Assembly: GCA_963727775.1 (NCBI GenBank)
Contig: CAVSHB010000003.1
Span: forward strand, 314,400-378,399
DNA length: 64,000 nucleotides
Source of the DNA: an uncultured Nitrospiraceae bacterium
GTDB lineage: Bacteria > Nitrospirota > Thermodesulfovibrionia > Thermodesulfovibrionales > SM23-35
Direction of reading: 5' to 3'
Below, piece after piece: positions 37,355 through 46,094 of the stretch. Below the pieces are notes generated by a model. That model did no database searches. It was given only the letters and a program-made list of their open reading frames with translations, and was not told where the DNA came from. Made by a program: the position numbers and the translations under genes. Position 1 is the first letter of the stretch, and every line of letters begins with the position of its first letter.

Positions 37355-37424
37355 TCTTCCGTCACGCGCACCAGAATTAAACCCTGTCGATTTACATGAT
37401 TTGTCAACATGTTTGCCTCCTTCC

Positions 37425-38771
37425 TCACACGACATTTGGATTGAGCAACCTTCTTAATCCCCTCGCCGCACACTCCGGCGAAGAGAAAGCAGGTATTTTT
37501 GCCTTCTCAACAATGCCGATCAGTTTCCCTGATTCGCTGCTGCACGACGTATGAAATACCATCGGCTTGTCGGTCTTCTCTTTGAAACTCCTCAGGAGTT
37601 TGCCCACTCTTGCCGTGATCCCGACAACGCCTGTCAGGGCTATGATAAGAAAGCCGTCGTAATCATCCTTCAACTCCTCGAGCGCGGTGAGATAATCCTC
37701 GTCTTTCACCTGTGCCGTGAGATCAAGAGGATTGTTCACGCCGTAGAAGTAGGGAAAAGCCTGCTTGAGCCTTACCTTCTTTTGCTCGGGAAGCTGCGGT
37801 ATCTCCAGCCCCTGCCTGAGACACTCGTCAGCTGCGAGGACACCTGAACCGCCTCCGTTCGTCACGATCAGGACGCGATTGCCGCTGACAGGTTTTTGAT
37901 AAGAAAGCGCCTTCACCGTATCGATAAGATCGTCGAAGTCACGGGCTTCTTTGATCCCGTACTGTTCAAGCATGGACCTGAAAACTTCATACCTTCCCGC
38001 GAGTCTGCCGGTATGGGAATATGCTGCGATTCGGCCTCCGGAACGTTTTCCCGCTTTAAGAATAACGAGGTGTTTCTTCTCTGAGAGTTGTTTCGCCTTC
38101 TTGAGAAATTCTCTGCCGTTGCCCACTGACTCGATATAAGAGATGACGACGTCCGTCTTCCTATCGCTCATATAGTATTCGTAAAGGTCCGTCTCATCGA
38201 TATCAATGGCATTCCCATATGTGACAGCGCTGGAGACTCCCATATTGGAGTCCCGCATGGTCCCGAATAGACAATGCATGATAGCCCCGCTTTGGGACAC
38301 AATCGCCACATTGCCTTTTTTAGGTCTTGCCACTCTGTCGGGGGAAAGAAAGAATGTATCAAAGCTCCTGTAAGGGTTGAAGATACCCATGCAGTTCGGA
38401 CCGAGCATTCTGAGACCGAGCTTTGTCCCCAGATGTCTGATCTCCTCTTGCAGTTCTCCCTCTCCGATCTCGGCAAAGCCCGAGCTCATAATCACTACAC
38501 CCTTTGCCCTGCCTTCGTGTTCCTTAAGGAGATCGACTATTTCCGGAGCAGGCCTCAGAATCAACGAGAGGTCGACAAACTCCGGCACTTCTTTAATGGA
38601 CGGATACGTCTTTAATCCCATTAAGTTGTTGTATTTGGGATTTACGGGATAGACCTTCCCCTTGAATCTGAGCAGGTTTTTGAGGACTATTCCCCCCAGC
38701 TTCTCTTCGGCATGGGAAGCCCCTATCAAAGCCACCGTTTTCGGATTGAAAAGAAAGTTCAGATGGCTCAT
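37425..38771 (-). CDS. ADP-forming acyl-CoA synthetase, alpha (CoA-binding) subunit
   Basis: 448 aa; CoA-binding N-terminus, GPNCMGI, SQSGA, phosphohistidine context SHTGRLAG. Confidence 0.8.
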   Translation of the reverse strand: MSHLNFLFNPKTVALIGASHAEEKLGGIVLKNLLRFKGKVYPVNPKYNNLMGLKTYPSIKEVPEFVDLSLILRPAPEIVDLLKEHEGRAKGVVIMSSGFAEIGEGELQEEIRHLGTKLGLRMLGPNCMGIFNPYRSFDTFFLSPDRVARPKKGNVAIVSQSGAIMHCLFGTMRDSNMGVSSAVTYGNAIDIDETDLYEYYMSDRKTDVVISYIESVGNGREFLKKAKQLSEKKHLVILKAGKRSGGRIAAYSHTGRLAGRYEVFRSMLEQYGIKEARDFDDLIDTVKALSYQKPVSGNRVLIVTNGGGSGVLAADECLRQGLEIPQLPEQKKVRLKQAFPYFYGVNNPLDLTAQVKDEDYLTALEELKDDYDGFLIIALTGVVGITARVGKLLRSFKEKTDKPMVFHTSCSSESGKLIGIVEKAKIPAFSSPECAARGLRRLLNPNVV

Positions 38772-38803
38772 GTGCGGTAATCCTTCGCCGGAGCGTCGCC
38801 GAT

Positions 38804-38913
38804 GCGGCGGGTATAGTATTTTCGCGGATTTAAATTCTGTGCAGATTCATCGGAACAGAATTTACCTCGGAGGGCGATAGCCCGAGAATGAGCGACAATA
38901 CTTTGTCTGTCGC
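38804..38913 (+). repeat. structured palindromic repeat, plus orientation, between E2 and the synthetase alpha gene
   Basis: AGTATTTTCGCGG-ATTT-AAATTCTGT..ACAGAATTT-ACCTCGGAG-GGC-GATA-GCC-CGAGAATGAGCGACAATACT. Confidence 0.7.
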
Positions 38914-38931
38914 GTTTCACTGAAGCGTTAC

Positions 38932-40113
38932 TCATGTGCTCTCTATAAACAGCAGTCCCGGATCTTCGAGATACCTGACTATTTTAGATATAAACTTGGT
39001 GGCATCGACGCCGTCGGTCACCCTGTGGTCAAAAGTCAACGAGAGCGGAAGGATTCTTCTGATGGCGATCTTTCCATCCACCACCCAGGGTTTCTCGGAA
39101 ATCTTTCCCGTGCCGAGGATTGCAACATCCGGGTAGTCGATTATCGGCGTCGCAAACCCTCCCCCGAAGGCGCCATAATTCGTAATGCTGAATGTGCTTC
39201 CTCTCATTTCTTCGAGCTTGATCTTTCTCTCCCTCGCCTTCTTGCTCAAATTCTGGATCTCCTCCGCCAGTTCCAGGATAGATTTTTTGTCGACATTCGT
39301 TACAACGGGCACCATAAGGCCGTCGGGTGTGTCCACTGCAATGCCGAAATTAAAGTATTTCTTGACTACGATCTCCTCTTTTTCCTCATCCACCGAAGCA
39401 TTCAGAAGCTGATGCTCCCGCAATGCATGCTGGGCCGCCTTAATAAAGAAAGGCATGAAGGTCAGATGGATGTTTTTTTCAAGCAGCGATTTCTTCTCCC
39501 TCTCCCTTACCGACCAAAGCTCGGTGACATCGGCCTCTTCCATGGCGGTAACAAAGGCAGTTGTCCTCTGGGAGGTGATGAGATTTTTTGCGATAGTTCT
39601 TCTAATCCCCCTGATAGGAATTCTCTCAATTCCTCCGTATTGGTCCGGGGCCTCTTTACTCCTCGGTTTTTCAGAGACTTTCAGCACGTCCGTTGTCGTG
39701 ATGCTTCCTCCAGGGCCGGAACCCTCGACTGTCTTCAGGTCTATGCCGGACTCCTTTGCGAGGGCCCTCACGGCAGGCGTTGCGAGCACTTCTTCTCCCG
39801 CTTCAGGCAGAACGCCGATGACGGTCACCGACTTGGGACGCTCCTCCGCTTTCGGTTTTTCTTCCGCGGCTTCGCCCATTGCGAGGATTGTCATCAGAGT
39901 CTCTCCGACCTTTGCGATCTCGCCTTCCTGTTTCCCGATCTTAATGACCGTTCCTTTTTTGGGGGACGGCACTTCGACAACCGCCTTATCGGTTTCAACT
40001 TCAAGGACCGTCTGGTGTTCTTCCACGGCGTCGCCTTCCTTTACAAGCCAGGCCCGTATCTCGCCTTCGACTATCCCTTCTCCTAAATCGGGCAATACAA
40101 ATTCATAGGGCAT
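38932..40113 (-). CDS. 2-oxoacid dehydrogenase E2 dihydrolipoamide acyltransferase
   Basis: 393 aa; lipoyl domain VETDKA, E3-binding region, catalytic DHRVTDG. Confidence 0.9.
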   Translation of the reverse strand: MPYEFVLPDLGEGIVEGEIRAWLVKEGDAVEEHQTVLEVETDKAVVEVPSPKKGTVIKIGKQEGEIAKVGETLMTILAMGEAAEEKPKAEERPKSVTVIGVLPEAGEEVLATPAVRALAKESGIDLKTVEGSGPGGSITTTDVLKVSEKPRSKEAPDQYGGIERIPIRGIRRTIAKNLITSQRTTAFVTAMEEADVTELWSVREREKKSLLEKNIHLTFMPFFIKAAQHALREHQLLNASVDEEKEEIVVKKYFNFGIAVDTPDGLMVPVVTNVDKKSILELAEEIQNLSKKARERKIKLEEMRGSTFSITNYGAFGGGFATPIIDYPDVAILGTGKISEKPWVVDGKIAIRRILPLSLTFDHRVTDGVDATKFISKIVRYLEDPGLLFIEST

Positions 40114-40129
40114 ATTTTTACTCCTTTAT

Positions 40130-41089
40130 CTAATATTTCAATACCTCATTGACGGCTTTTTGTATCCTTTCCACGTTCGGCAAATAGTGGTCTTCGAGCT
40201 TCGGAAGGGGCATCACGATGTCATAGCCGGTGACCCTCATGATCGGGGCTTTGAGATAGAGCATAGTTTCCTCCGCGAGTGACGCGGCGAGTTCCGCGCC
40301 CAGACCGCATGTCTTGGGAGCTTCATGCACGATTACCACCCTTCCGGTTTTTTTCACGGAATTATAGATGGTCTCTTCATCAAAGGGATGAAGAGTCATA
40401 AGATCAATAATTTCCGACTCAGGGCCCACCGCCTCAAGAACTCTGTGGAGCATGCTTCCCCAGGCGATAACGGTCACATCTTTTCCCTCCTGGACCACCC
40501 TGGCCTTACCGAGCTCAATTAAATACTCTCCCTCGGGGACCTCCTCTTTTATCAGACGGTAAAGCCTTGTCGGTTCCAGAAAAATGACGGGACCGGGGTC
40601 TCTGATCGATGCCGTCAACAGTCCCTTCGCATAATAAGGTGAGGGAGGCACAACCACCTTCAGGCCCGGCATATGACAAAAGAATGCCTCAGTGCTGTCC
40701 GAATGGTGCTCCAATGCCTTCACCCCCGCGCCGTATGGCGTTCTGATAACTAAGGGGCAGGTATATCTTCCGCGTGATCGGGAAAGGATCTTTGTCGCGT
40801 GGCTGAAGATATGATCAATTGCAGGATAGATAAAGCCCATGAACTGGATCTCCGCCACAGGCCTCAGTCCATAAACGGCCATTCCGATGGCAGCGCCGAC
40901 GATCGCCGATTCCGATAAAGGGGTATCGACAACACGTTCCTCACCGAATTTTTCGAGCAGTCCGTCGGTAGTCCTGAATACGCCGCCATCTTTGCCCACA
41001 TCCTCCCCGAGAACGACTACACTCCGGTCACGCTCCATCTCTTCCCTGAGGGCAAGGGTTATCGCCTGGACCATATTCATTTTCGCCAT
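40130..41089 (-). CDS. 2-oxoacid dehydrogenase E1 beta subunit
   Basis: 319 aa; transketolase-like pyrimidine-binding and C-terminal domains. Confidence 0.9.
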   Translation of the reverse strand: MAKMNMVQAITLALREEMERDRSVVVLGEDVGKDGGVFRTTDGLLEKFGEERVVDTPLSESAIVGAAIGMAVYGLRPVAEIQFMGFIYPAIDHIFSHATKILSRSRGRYTCPLVIRTPYGAGVKALEHHSDSTEAFFCHMPGLKVVVPPSPYYAKGLLTASIRDPGPVIFLEPTRLYRLIKEEVPEGEYLIELGKARVVQEGKDVTVIAWGSMLHRVLEAVGPESEIIDLMTLHPFDEETIYNSVKKTGRVVIVHEAPKTCGLGAELAASLAEETMLYLKAPIMRVTGYDIVMPLPKLEDHYLPNVERIQKAVNEVLKY

Positions 41090-41090
41090 A

Positions 41091-42146
41091 TTAAAAACCC
41101 TCCATCTGTTTAAGCTGCCTTTGTGAAAGAGTTTTGTATGTATAGAGGAATATCTCTCGCGGAGAAGCCGGTTCTACAGATTCCATCTTTTTTATTTCAT
41201 CTTCGATAGTCTTCTTTAAATTTTCTTCGGTTTCTCTCTGCAGCTGCTCGTTCCAGAGTCCTTTTCTTTCCATGAAAAGTCTCATCCTCAGGATCGGGTC
41301 CTTATCTTTCCATTTTTCCACTTCCTCTTTCGGCCTGTATCTCTCCGCGTCGTCGGCTGTCGTATGGTCTGTCATCCTATAGGTAAAACACTCGATAAAA
41401 GTCGGCCCTTTCCCTTCTTTTGCTTTTTTGACGGCATCCTGCGTGCTCTTGAAGACCGCGAAAATATCGTTTCCGTCCACCTGGATCCCTTCGAAGCCAT
41501 AGGCAATGGCCTTCTGGGCAAGGGTTTGCGAGGCCGTCTGCCTTTCCCGGGGCACCGAGATGGCCCACTGGTTGTTCTCACATATGGCGACTACCGGCAG
41601 CCTGAAAACTCCCGCCATATTAAGACCTTCATGGAAGTCACCCTTCGAAGTGCCCCCGTCGCCGAAATAGGTGATAACAGCGATTGCTTCCTTTTTCAGC
41701 TTAGCTCCCATGGCTGCGCCCGCTGCATGGGGCACGTGGGTCCCGACCGGTATACAGAAAGGGAAAATATTTAAATCATCCGGAATTTTGAGCCCTCTTT
41801 CGTCTCCTGACCAGTACTGTAGGAGCAAGTGCAGCGGATATCCCATTGCCAGATACACTCCGAGTTCTCTGTATGTTGGGAAAACCCAATCGGACTTTCC
41901 TATCGCAAAGGCGCTTCCCACCTGTGCAGCTTCCTGCCCGAACACGGGCGGATAGGTGCCGATACGGCCTTCTCTTTGAAGGCTCAGGGCATACTGGTCC
42001 GACAACCTCGTGAAGAGGAGCATCCGGTACATTTCTGTTATCTGTTCGTCTTTCAGAGGCGGCATAAGTAACTCGTCAATACCGCCCTTCTCGTCAAGTA
42101 TACTCAAATGCTTCACACTAAAATCAGCAATCACTCTTTCAGGCAT
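41091..42146 (-). CDS. 2-oxoacid dehydrogenase E1 alpha subunit (TPP-dependent)
   Basis: 351 aa; TPP-binding GDGGTSKGDF...ENN motif. Confidence 0.9.
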   Translation of the reverse strand: MPERVIADFSVKHLSILDEKGGIDELLMPPLKDEQITEMYRMLLFTRLSDQYALSLQREGRIGTYPPVFGQEAAQVGSAFAIGKSDWVFPTYRELGVYLAMGYPLHLLLQYWSGDERGLKIPDDLNIFPFCIPVGTHVPHAAGAAMGAKLKKEAIAVITYFGDGGTSKGDFHEGLNMAGVFRLPVVAICENNQWAISVPRERQTASQTLAQKAIAYGFEGIQVDGNDIFAVFKSTQDAVKKAKEGKGPTFIECFTYRMTDHTTADDAERYRPKEEVEKWKDKDPILRMRLFMERKGLWNEQLQRETEENLKKTIEDEIKKMESVEPASPREIFLYTYKTLSQRQLKQMEGF

Positions 42147-42267
42147 AGGTCCTCCCCAAAATATGTATTATTACGGATACCTCCAAATTTTCCCGCCGCT
42201 TTTAGATCTTGATTAAACAATAATATGTTTATACGCCTTCGTCAATTCCTTATGCTAAAATTCAATT

Positions 42268-42609
42268 ATGCGTGAGGAAAAAACGAGACTTGTTTATTCG
42301 ACTGATACTGCAATTCCGCGCAAAAAGAATACCGCAGAGGAAGCACCTCAAGAAACAAATCAACCTTCCCGGCAGAAGGTCTATGTCCGTCTTGACAGGA
42401 AAGGCAGGGGCGGAAAGACCGTTACAGTCATCGAAGGTCTCCAGATGCAGCGGAGGGAAATAGAGGAACTGCTCAGGGAACTGAAGGCGAAGCTCGGCAC
42501 GGGTGGTACAATTAAGTATCCCTCTCTCGAAATTCAGGGTGACCATCGGGACATGGTAATGTCAGCATTGAAGGGGATGGGCTTCGCGCCAAAGCGCTCA
42601 GGCGGCTGA
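42268..42609 (+). CDS. yciH: SUI1/YciH-family translation initiation factor
   Basis: 113 aa; VYVRLDRKGRGGKTVTVIEGL. Confidence 0.85.
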   Translation: MREEKTRLVYSTDTAIPRKKNTAEEAPQETNQPSRQKVYVRLDRKGRGGKTVTVIEGLQMQRREIEELLRELKAKLGTGGTIKYPSLEIQGDHRDMVMSALKGMGFAPKRSGG

Positions 42610-43029
42610 GGTCAATTACATGCTATTTGTTTTTCAACATTAGGGCTCTGAAATGAAATTTCCACTGCTCCCCTGAAATGCTCGTCCTATATGCAAATAT
42701 GTTATGCTCAAACATGAATTGTAAAGCATTAAAGCATAAGATCAATAATGTTAGAAGACCTTCCGCAGTTGAATGATGATGGACTATTGATCCCTGAAGT
42801 TGGATCTTGGGCAGAGCGTAAATATCGGATACTTTGGAACTATGCAAAAATGTTTACAACAGGCACGAAAAATAAATGGCATGAACGAATATACATTGAT
42901 TTATATGCTGGCGCTGGTTTTGCGAGAATTAGAGAGAGTTCGATTATAGTTCCTGCATCACCACTGCTTGCACTTGATATCCCAGATAAATTTGATAAAT
43001 ATATTTTTTGTGAGCAAGAGGAAGTGAAG

Positions 43030-43599
43030 AACCCTGCGGCAGAGACCGCAGGGCGTCAGAAGTCAAACAACCTCAACTGCCCAACATCCTTCTCTCTGCC
43101 TTGGTTCTTTATGTATTTCTCAATCACTCCTTTATTCCCTTTACCGCTGATCGTTGCTATGTAGTACCCATCTGTCCAGAACTCACCACCCCAAAGTTCT
43201 TTTTTTACCTCGGGGGCCTCTTCATATACTCTTTTCCCACTTATACTCTTTATTATCTTGATCACCTCCCCCCCAGAATACTTCGATAAATATCGACACA
43301 GAATATGCACATGGTTTCGATCAAATCCAACTGTATTGATCTCTATCGCATACCTTTCTTTCAATCCTTTCAGCGCTCCAACTATAGCCCCTTCTACTTC
43401 TTTACTCAAAAGTGACTTGCGGTATTTCACCGTTATTTGAATGTGATAGTAACACTCCGATATATTGTGATACCATCGCCATATATCGTCGTCAAGAGTT
43501 ACCATCGTCTCTTTATTCTATCAGTCTACAGGTCTTTCCCTCCATTTACTCTACATACATCGGATCCTGCGGCAGAGACCGCAGGGTGTATCAATTATT
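43030..43599 (-). mobile_element. IS200/IS605-family element, copy 2 (about 570 bp)
   Basis: subterminal hairpins CCCTGCGG-CAGAGA-CCGCAGGG (43032-43053) and CCTGCGG-CAGAGA-CCGCAGG (43566-43585) flank tnpA. Confidence 0.75.
43056..43505 (-). CDS. tnpA: IS200/IS605 Y1 transposase TnpA
   Basis: 149 aa; HUH HVHIL; Tyr context FWTDGYYIAT. Confidence 0.85.
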   Translation of the reverse strand: MVTLDDDIWRWYHNISECYYHIQITVKYRKSLLSKEVEGAIVGALKGLKERYAIEINTVGFDRNHVHILCRYLSKYSGGEVIKIIKSISGKRVYEEAPEVKKELWGGEFWTDGYYIATISGKGNKGVIEKYIKNQGREKDVGQLRLFDF

Positions 43600-44179
43600 A
43601 AACTTGAAGCCTTAAAGCAAAGAATAAGATTGAAGCACTCTGATGTAAATACAATATATATCCACGGCGATGTAACAGAAAACATTGATAGAATTATCTC
43701 AGCGGTGTCAAAGCACAGTCCGTCGCATAAGGTTCTTTCATTCTGCTTTATAGATCCGTATAAAATAGATAATTTTAATTTTCAGATAATACAAAAGCTC
43801 TCATGTAAATATGTTGATTTTTTGATTCTTATTCCATCTTATATGGACGCGCATAGAAATGTGGTCAAGTATTCTGAAGATACGCACGTTTCTGTAGAGG
43901 ATTTTACGGGCGTTAAAAACTGGAAAGAGCTATGGGGCATTGAAAAACAAAGAGGAACGGACTTTGGAGTATTTTTACCTGAGTTGTTTTGCAAATCCAT
44001 GGAAAACTTAGAGTATATTTCTACTGGAGTAAGCAATACAATTTTAATACGCTCAGACAAGAAAAATCTTCCTCTTTACCATCTTGCTTTTTTCAGCAGA
44101 CATTCCTTAGGCATAAAGTACTGGAAAGAGGCTCTTAAATATAGTTCAGACCAAAGAGAGCTTTTTTAATGACTTTTAT

Positions 44180-44932
44180 TTGATTATAATAAAACAAATG
44201 GCACAGACATCAAAGATAGAATGGACTGAGACAACATGGAACCCTGTCACTGGTTGTACGAAAATCAGCGAAGGCTGCCTAAATTGCTATGCTGAGAGAA
44301 TGGCAAATCGTCTATATGCAATGGATAATCCACGGTATAAAAATGGCTTCCGTCTTACTTTGCATCCTGATCTTATTGAAATACCGCTAAAGTGGAAAAA
44401 AACGCGGCTTATTTTCGTAAACTCCATGAGTGATCTATTTCATAAAGATGTGCCCTTTTCTTTTATTGATCAGATATTCCGCACAATGGAAAAAGCTCAC
44501 TGGCATACCTTTCAGATTGTTACCAAGCGGTCTGAAAGACTTCTTGAATTATCTTCTAAACTCAACTGGCCATCAAATATTTGGATGGGGGTAACTGTTG
44601 AATCGGATAGGTATTTAAAAAGAATAAATGACCTCAGCAAGGTGCCATGTATGGTCAAGTTTCTTTCTATGGAGCCGCTCTTGTCAGATTTTCCAGCACT
44701 TCCTATTGCTGGAATGGACTGGGTTATTGTAGGCGGGGAATCCGGACCCAGAAGCAGGCCGATGCAGAAGAGCTGGGTTAGAAATATACGAGAACACTGT
44801 CTATCGAGAAATGTTCCTTTCTTTTTCAAACAATGGGGTGGAGTTAATAAGAAGAAAAATGGTAGAGTGCTGGATGGCAGAATGTGGGGTGAAATGCCTG
44901 AACCAGTACACCAAAGTAATGCTACCCTTTAA
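44180..44932 (+). CDS. DUF5131 / phage Gp37-Gp68 family three-Cys-motif protein
   Basis: [28 protein letters not shown]; likely true start at the internal ATG (MAQTSKIEW, about 44198). Confidence 0.8.
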   Translation: MIIIKQMAQTSKIEWTETTWNPVTGCTKISEGCLNCYAERMANRLYAMDNPRYKNGFRLTLHPDLIEIPLKWKKTRLIFVNSMSDLFHKDVPFSFIDQIFRTMEKAHWHTFQIVTKRSERLLELSSKLNWPSNIWMGVTVESDRYLKRINDLSKVPCMVKFLSMEPLLSDFPALPIAGMDWVIVGGESGPRSRPMQKSWVRNIREHCLSRNVPFFFKQWGGVNKKKNGRVLDGRMWGEMPEPVHQSNATL

Positions 44933-45270
44933 TGTTTTCTGTTGTTAATTAGTAATTCACTCACGCCTCTATCCTTTAACTTTGAGGGAGATGTTACCTT
45001 CTCAATAACTTCTTGAAACATGCATCTGAGCTATGACCCTTTGGTCTGTCAGTTGCGTCCTAAAATCAACAAGAAATTACTAGTGCTCGGAATCTTCTTC
45101 GCATTCTCCCTCCTTTAGGTAGCTTCGTATCTACTGATAGCTGCGCATTTGTTATGGTTGGGAAAACTTTTCATGGATTGGAGATTACCCTCAAAATCCC
45201 TCCTTTTCATTGAAAGCCATTATAGCCATAACAAGCGTATTTAGTAAAACATAAGGGCTTTGCAAACTTT

Positions 45271-45318
45271 CGAATAAGCGTCAGTCCGCTGCGGCAGTTG
45301 CGGACTAACGCATATTCG
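45271..45318. terminator. 19-bp-stem hairpin between convergent genes
   Basis: CGAATAAGCGTCAGTCCGC-10 nt-GCGGACTAACGCATATTCG, 17/19 paired. Confidence 0.4.
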
Positions 45319-45378
45319 TTACCCGCACCCGACCTCGAAGATAATGCCTTCCGAACTATTCGATTGATTCCCGTGGCC

Positions 45379-46077
45379 TCATCGCTCCCAATCACGGTAA
45401 TAAAATTTAACCAGCTTGTCGGGCCGGACACCTAAATGATAAAGGCCCCTTAACATCCAGTTCCTCAATGTGCAGTAAAGGACCCCTTCTTTTTCCCACC
45501 TCCTCGGGGATGTCTTCACCTTCTGCGGCATGATGCAGATCTTGTGTCCGGCTCTTTTCATGCGCATCATAAACTCCAGATCTTCCATCAATGGAATTTC
45601 TTTAAATCCGTTCAGCTCATCAAATAGCTTCTTTTTGACGAATATGGCCTGATCACCGTAAGGAATTCCGGTAAAATGAGAACGGATGTTGGCCATTTTT
45701 TCTATAAGCCTGAAAACAATCCTTTCGGATTTTATTTCTAAATCAAAAGCCCCGCCCGCGCATTGATTTTTGTCCACTGCGGCAAGGATTGCGCTGTAGG
45801 CATCTGCCGGAAGTTCGGTGTCTGTGTGCAGAAATAAAAGAATTTCGCCTTTGGCCGCGGAGGCCCCTTTATTCATCTGCATACCGCGGCCCTTTGAAGA
45901 TAGAACTTTTATTACATCATTTTTTTGTATTGCATTTATCGTTGCTCCGCCCGGTCCACCATCAACGACTATCACTTCAAAATCAAACCCGGAACCTGTC
46001 AGATAAACATTTTCAACGGTTTGGTTGATTATTGATGGTTCATTTAATACGGGGATTATAATAGAAAAAGAACACAT
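45379..46077 (-). CDS. family-2 glycosyltransferase (TIGR04283-like, rSAM/selenodomain-associated transferase 2)
   Basis: 232 aa; SIIIPVLNE, DGGPGG, HTDT; paired with a DUF2064 gene. Confidence 0.7.
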   Translation of the reverse strand: MCSFSIIIPVLNEPSIINQTVENVYLTGSGFDFEVIVVDGGPGGATINAIQKNDVIKVLSSKGRGMQMNKGASAAKGEILLFLHTDTELPADAYSAILAAVDKNQCAGGAFDLEIKSERIVFRLIEKMANIRSHFTGIPYGDQAIFVKKKLFDELNGFKEIPLMEDLEFMMRMKRAGHKICIMPQKVKTSPRRWEKEGVLYCTLRNWMLRGLYHLGVRPDKLVKFYYRDWER

Positions 46078-46094
46078 TTTTTTATCAAATAAAC

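Larger units (their letters stand above)
42748..44169 (+). pseudogene. tcmP: tcmP-like gene (three-Cys-motif partner protein) interrupted by an IS200/IS605 element
   Basis: ORFs 42748.. and ..44169 are in the same frame; removing 43030-43599 (570 bp) joins ...FCEQEEVK to KLEALKQRIRLKHSDVN... Confidence 0.65.

Noticed and set aside
39025-40086. 353-aa plus-strand ORF, plus the 217-aa ORF at 39455..40108
   Set aside because: Both are antisense to the well-supported E2 acyltransferase gene. Their composition is low-complexity (R/F/L/S-rich) with no recognisable motifs, typical of shadow ORFs.
42748-43164. 138-aa ORF as an intact gene
   Set aside because: Its last ~45 residues (NPAAETAGRQKSNNLNCP...) are translated from the IS200 end and tnpA antisense. 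Only 42748-43029 is genuine.
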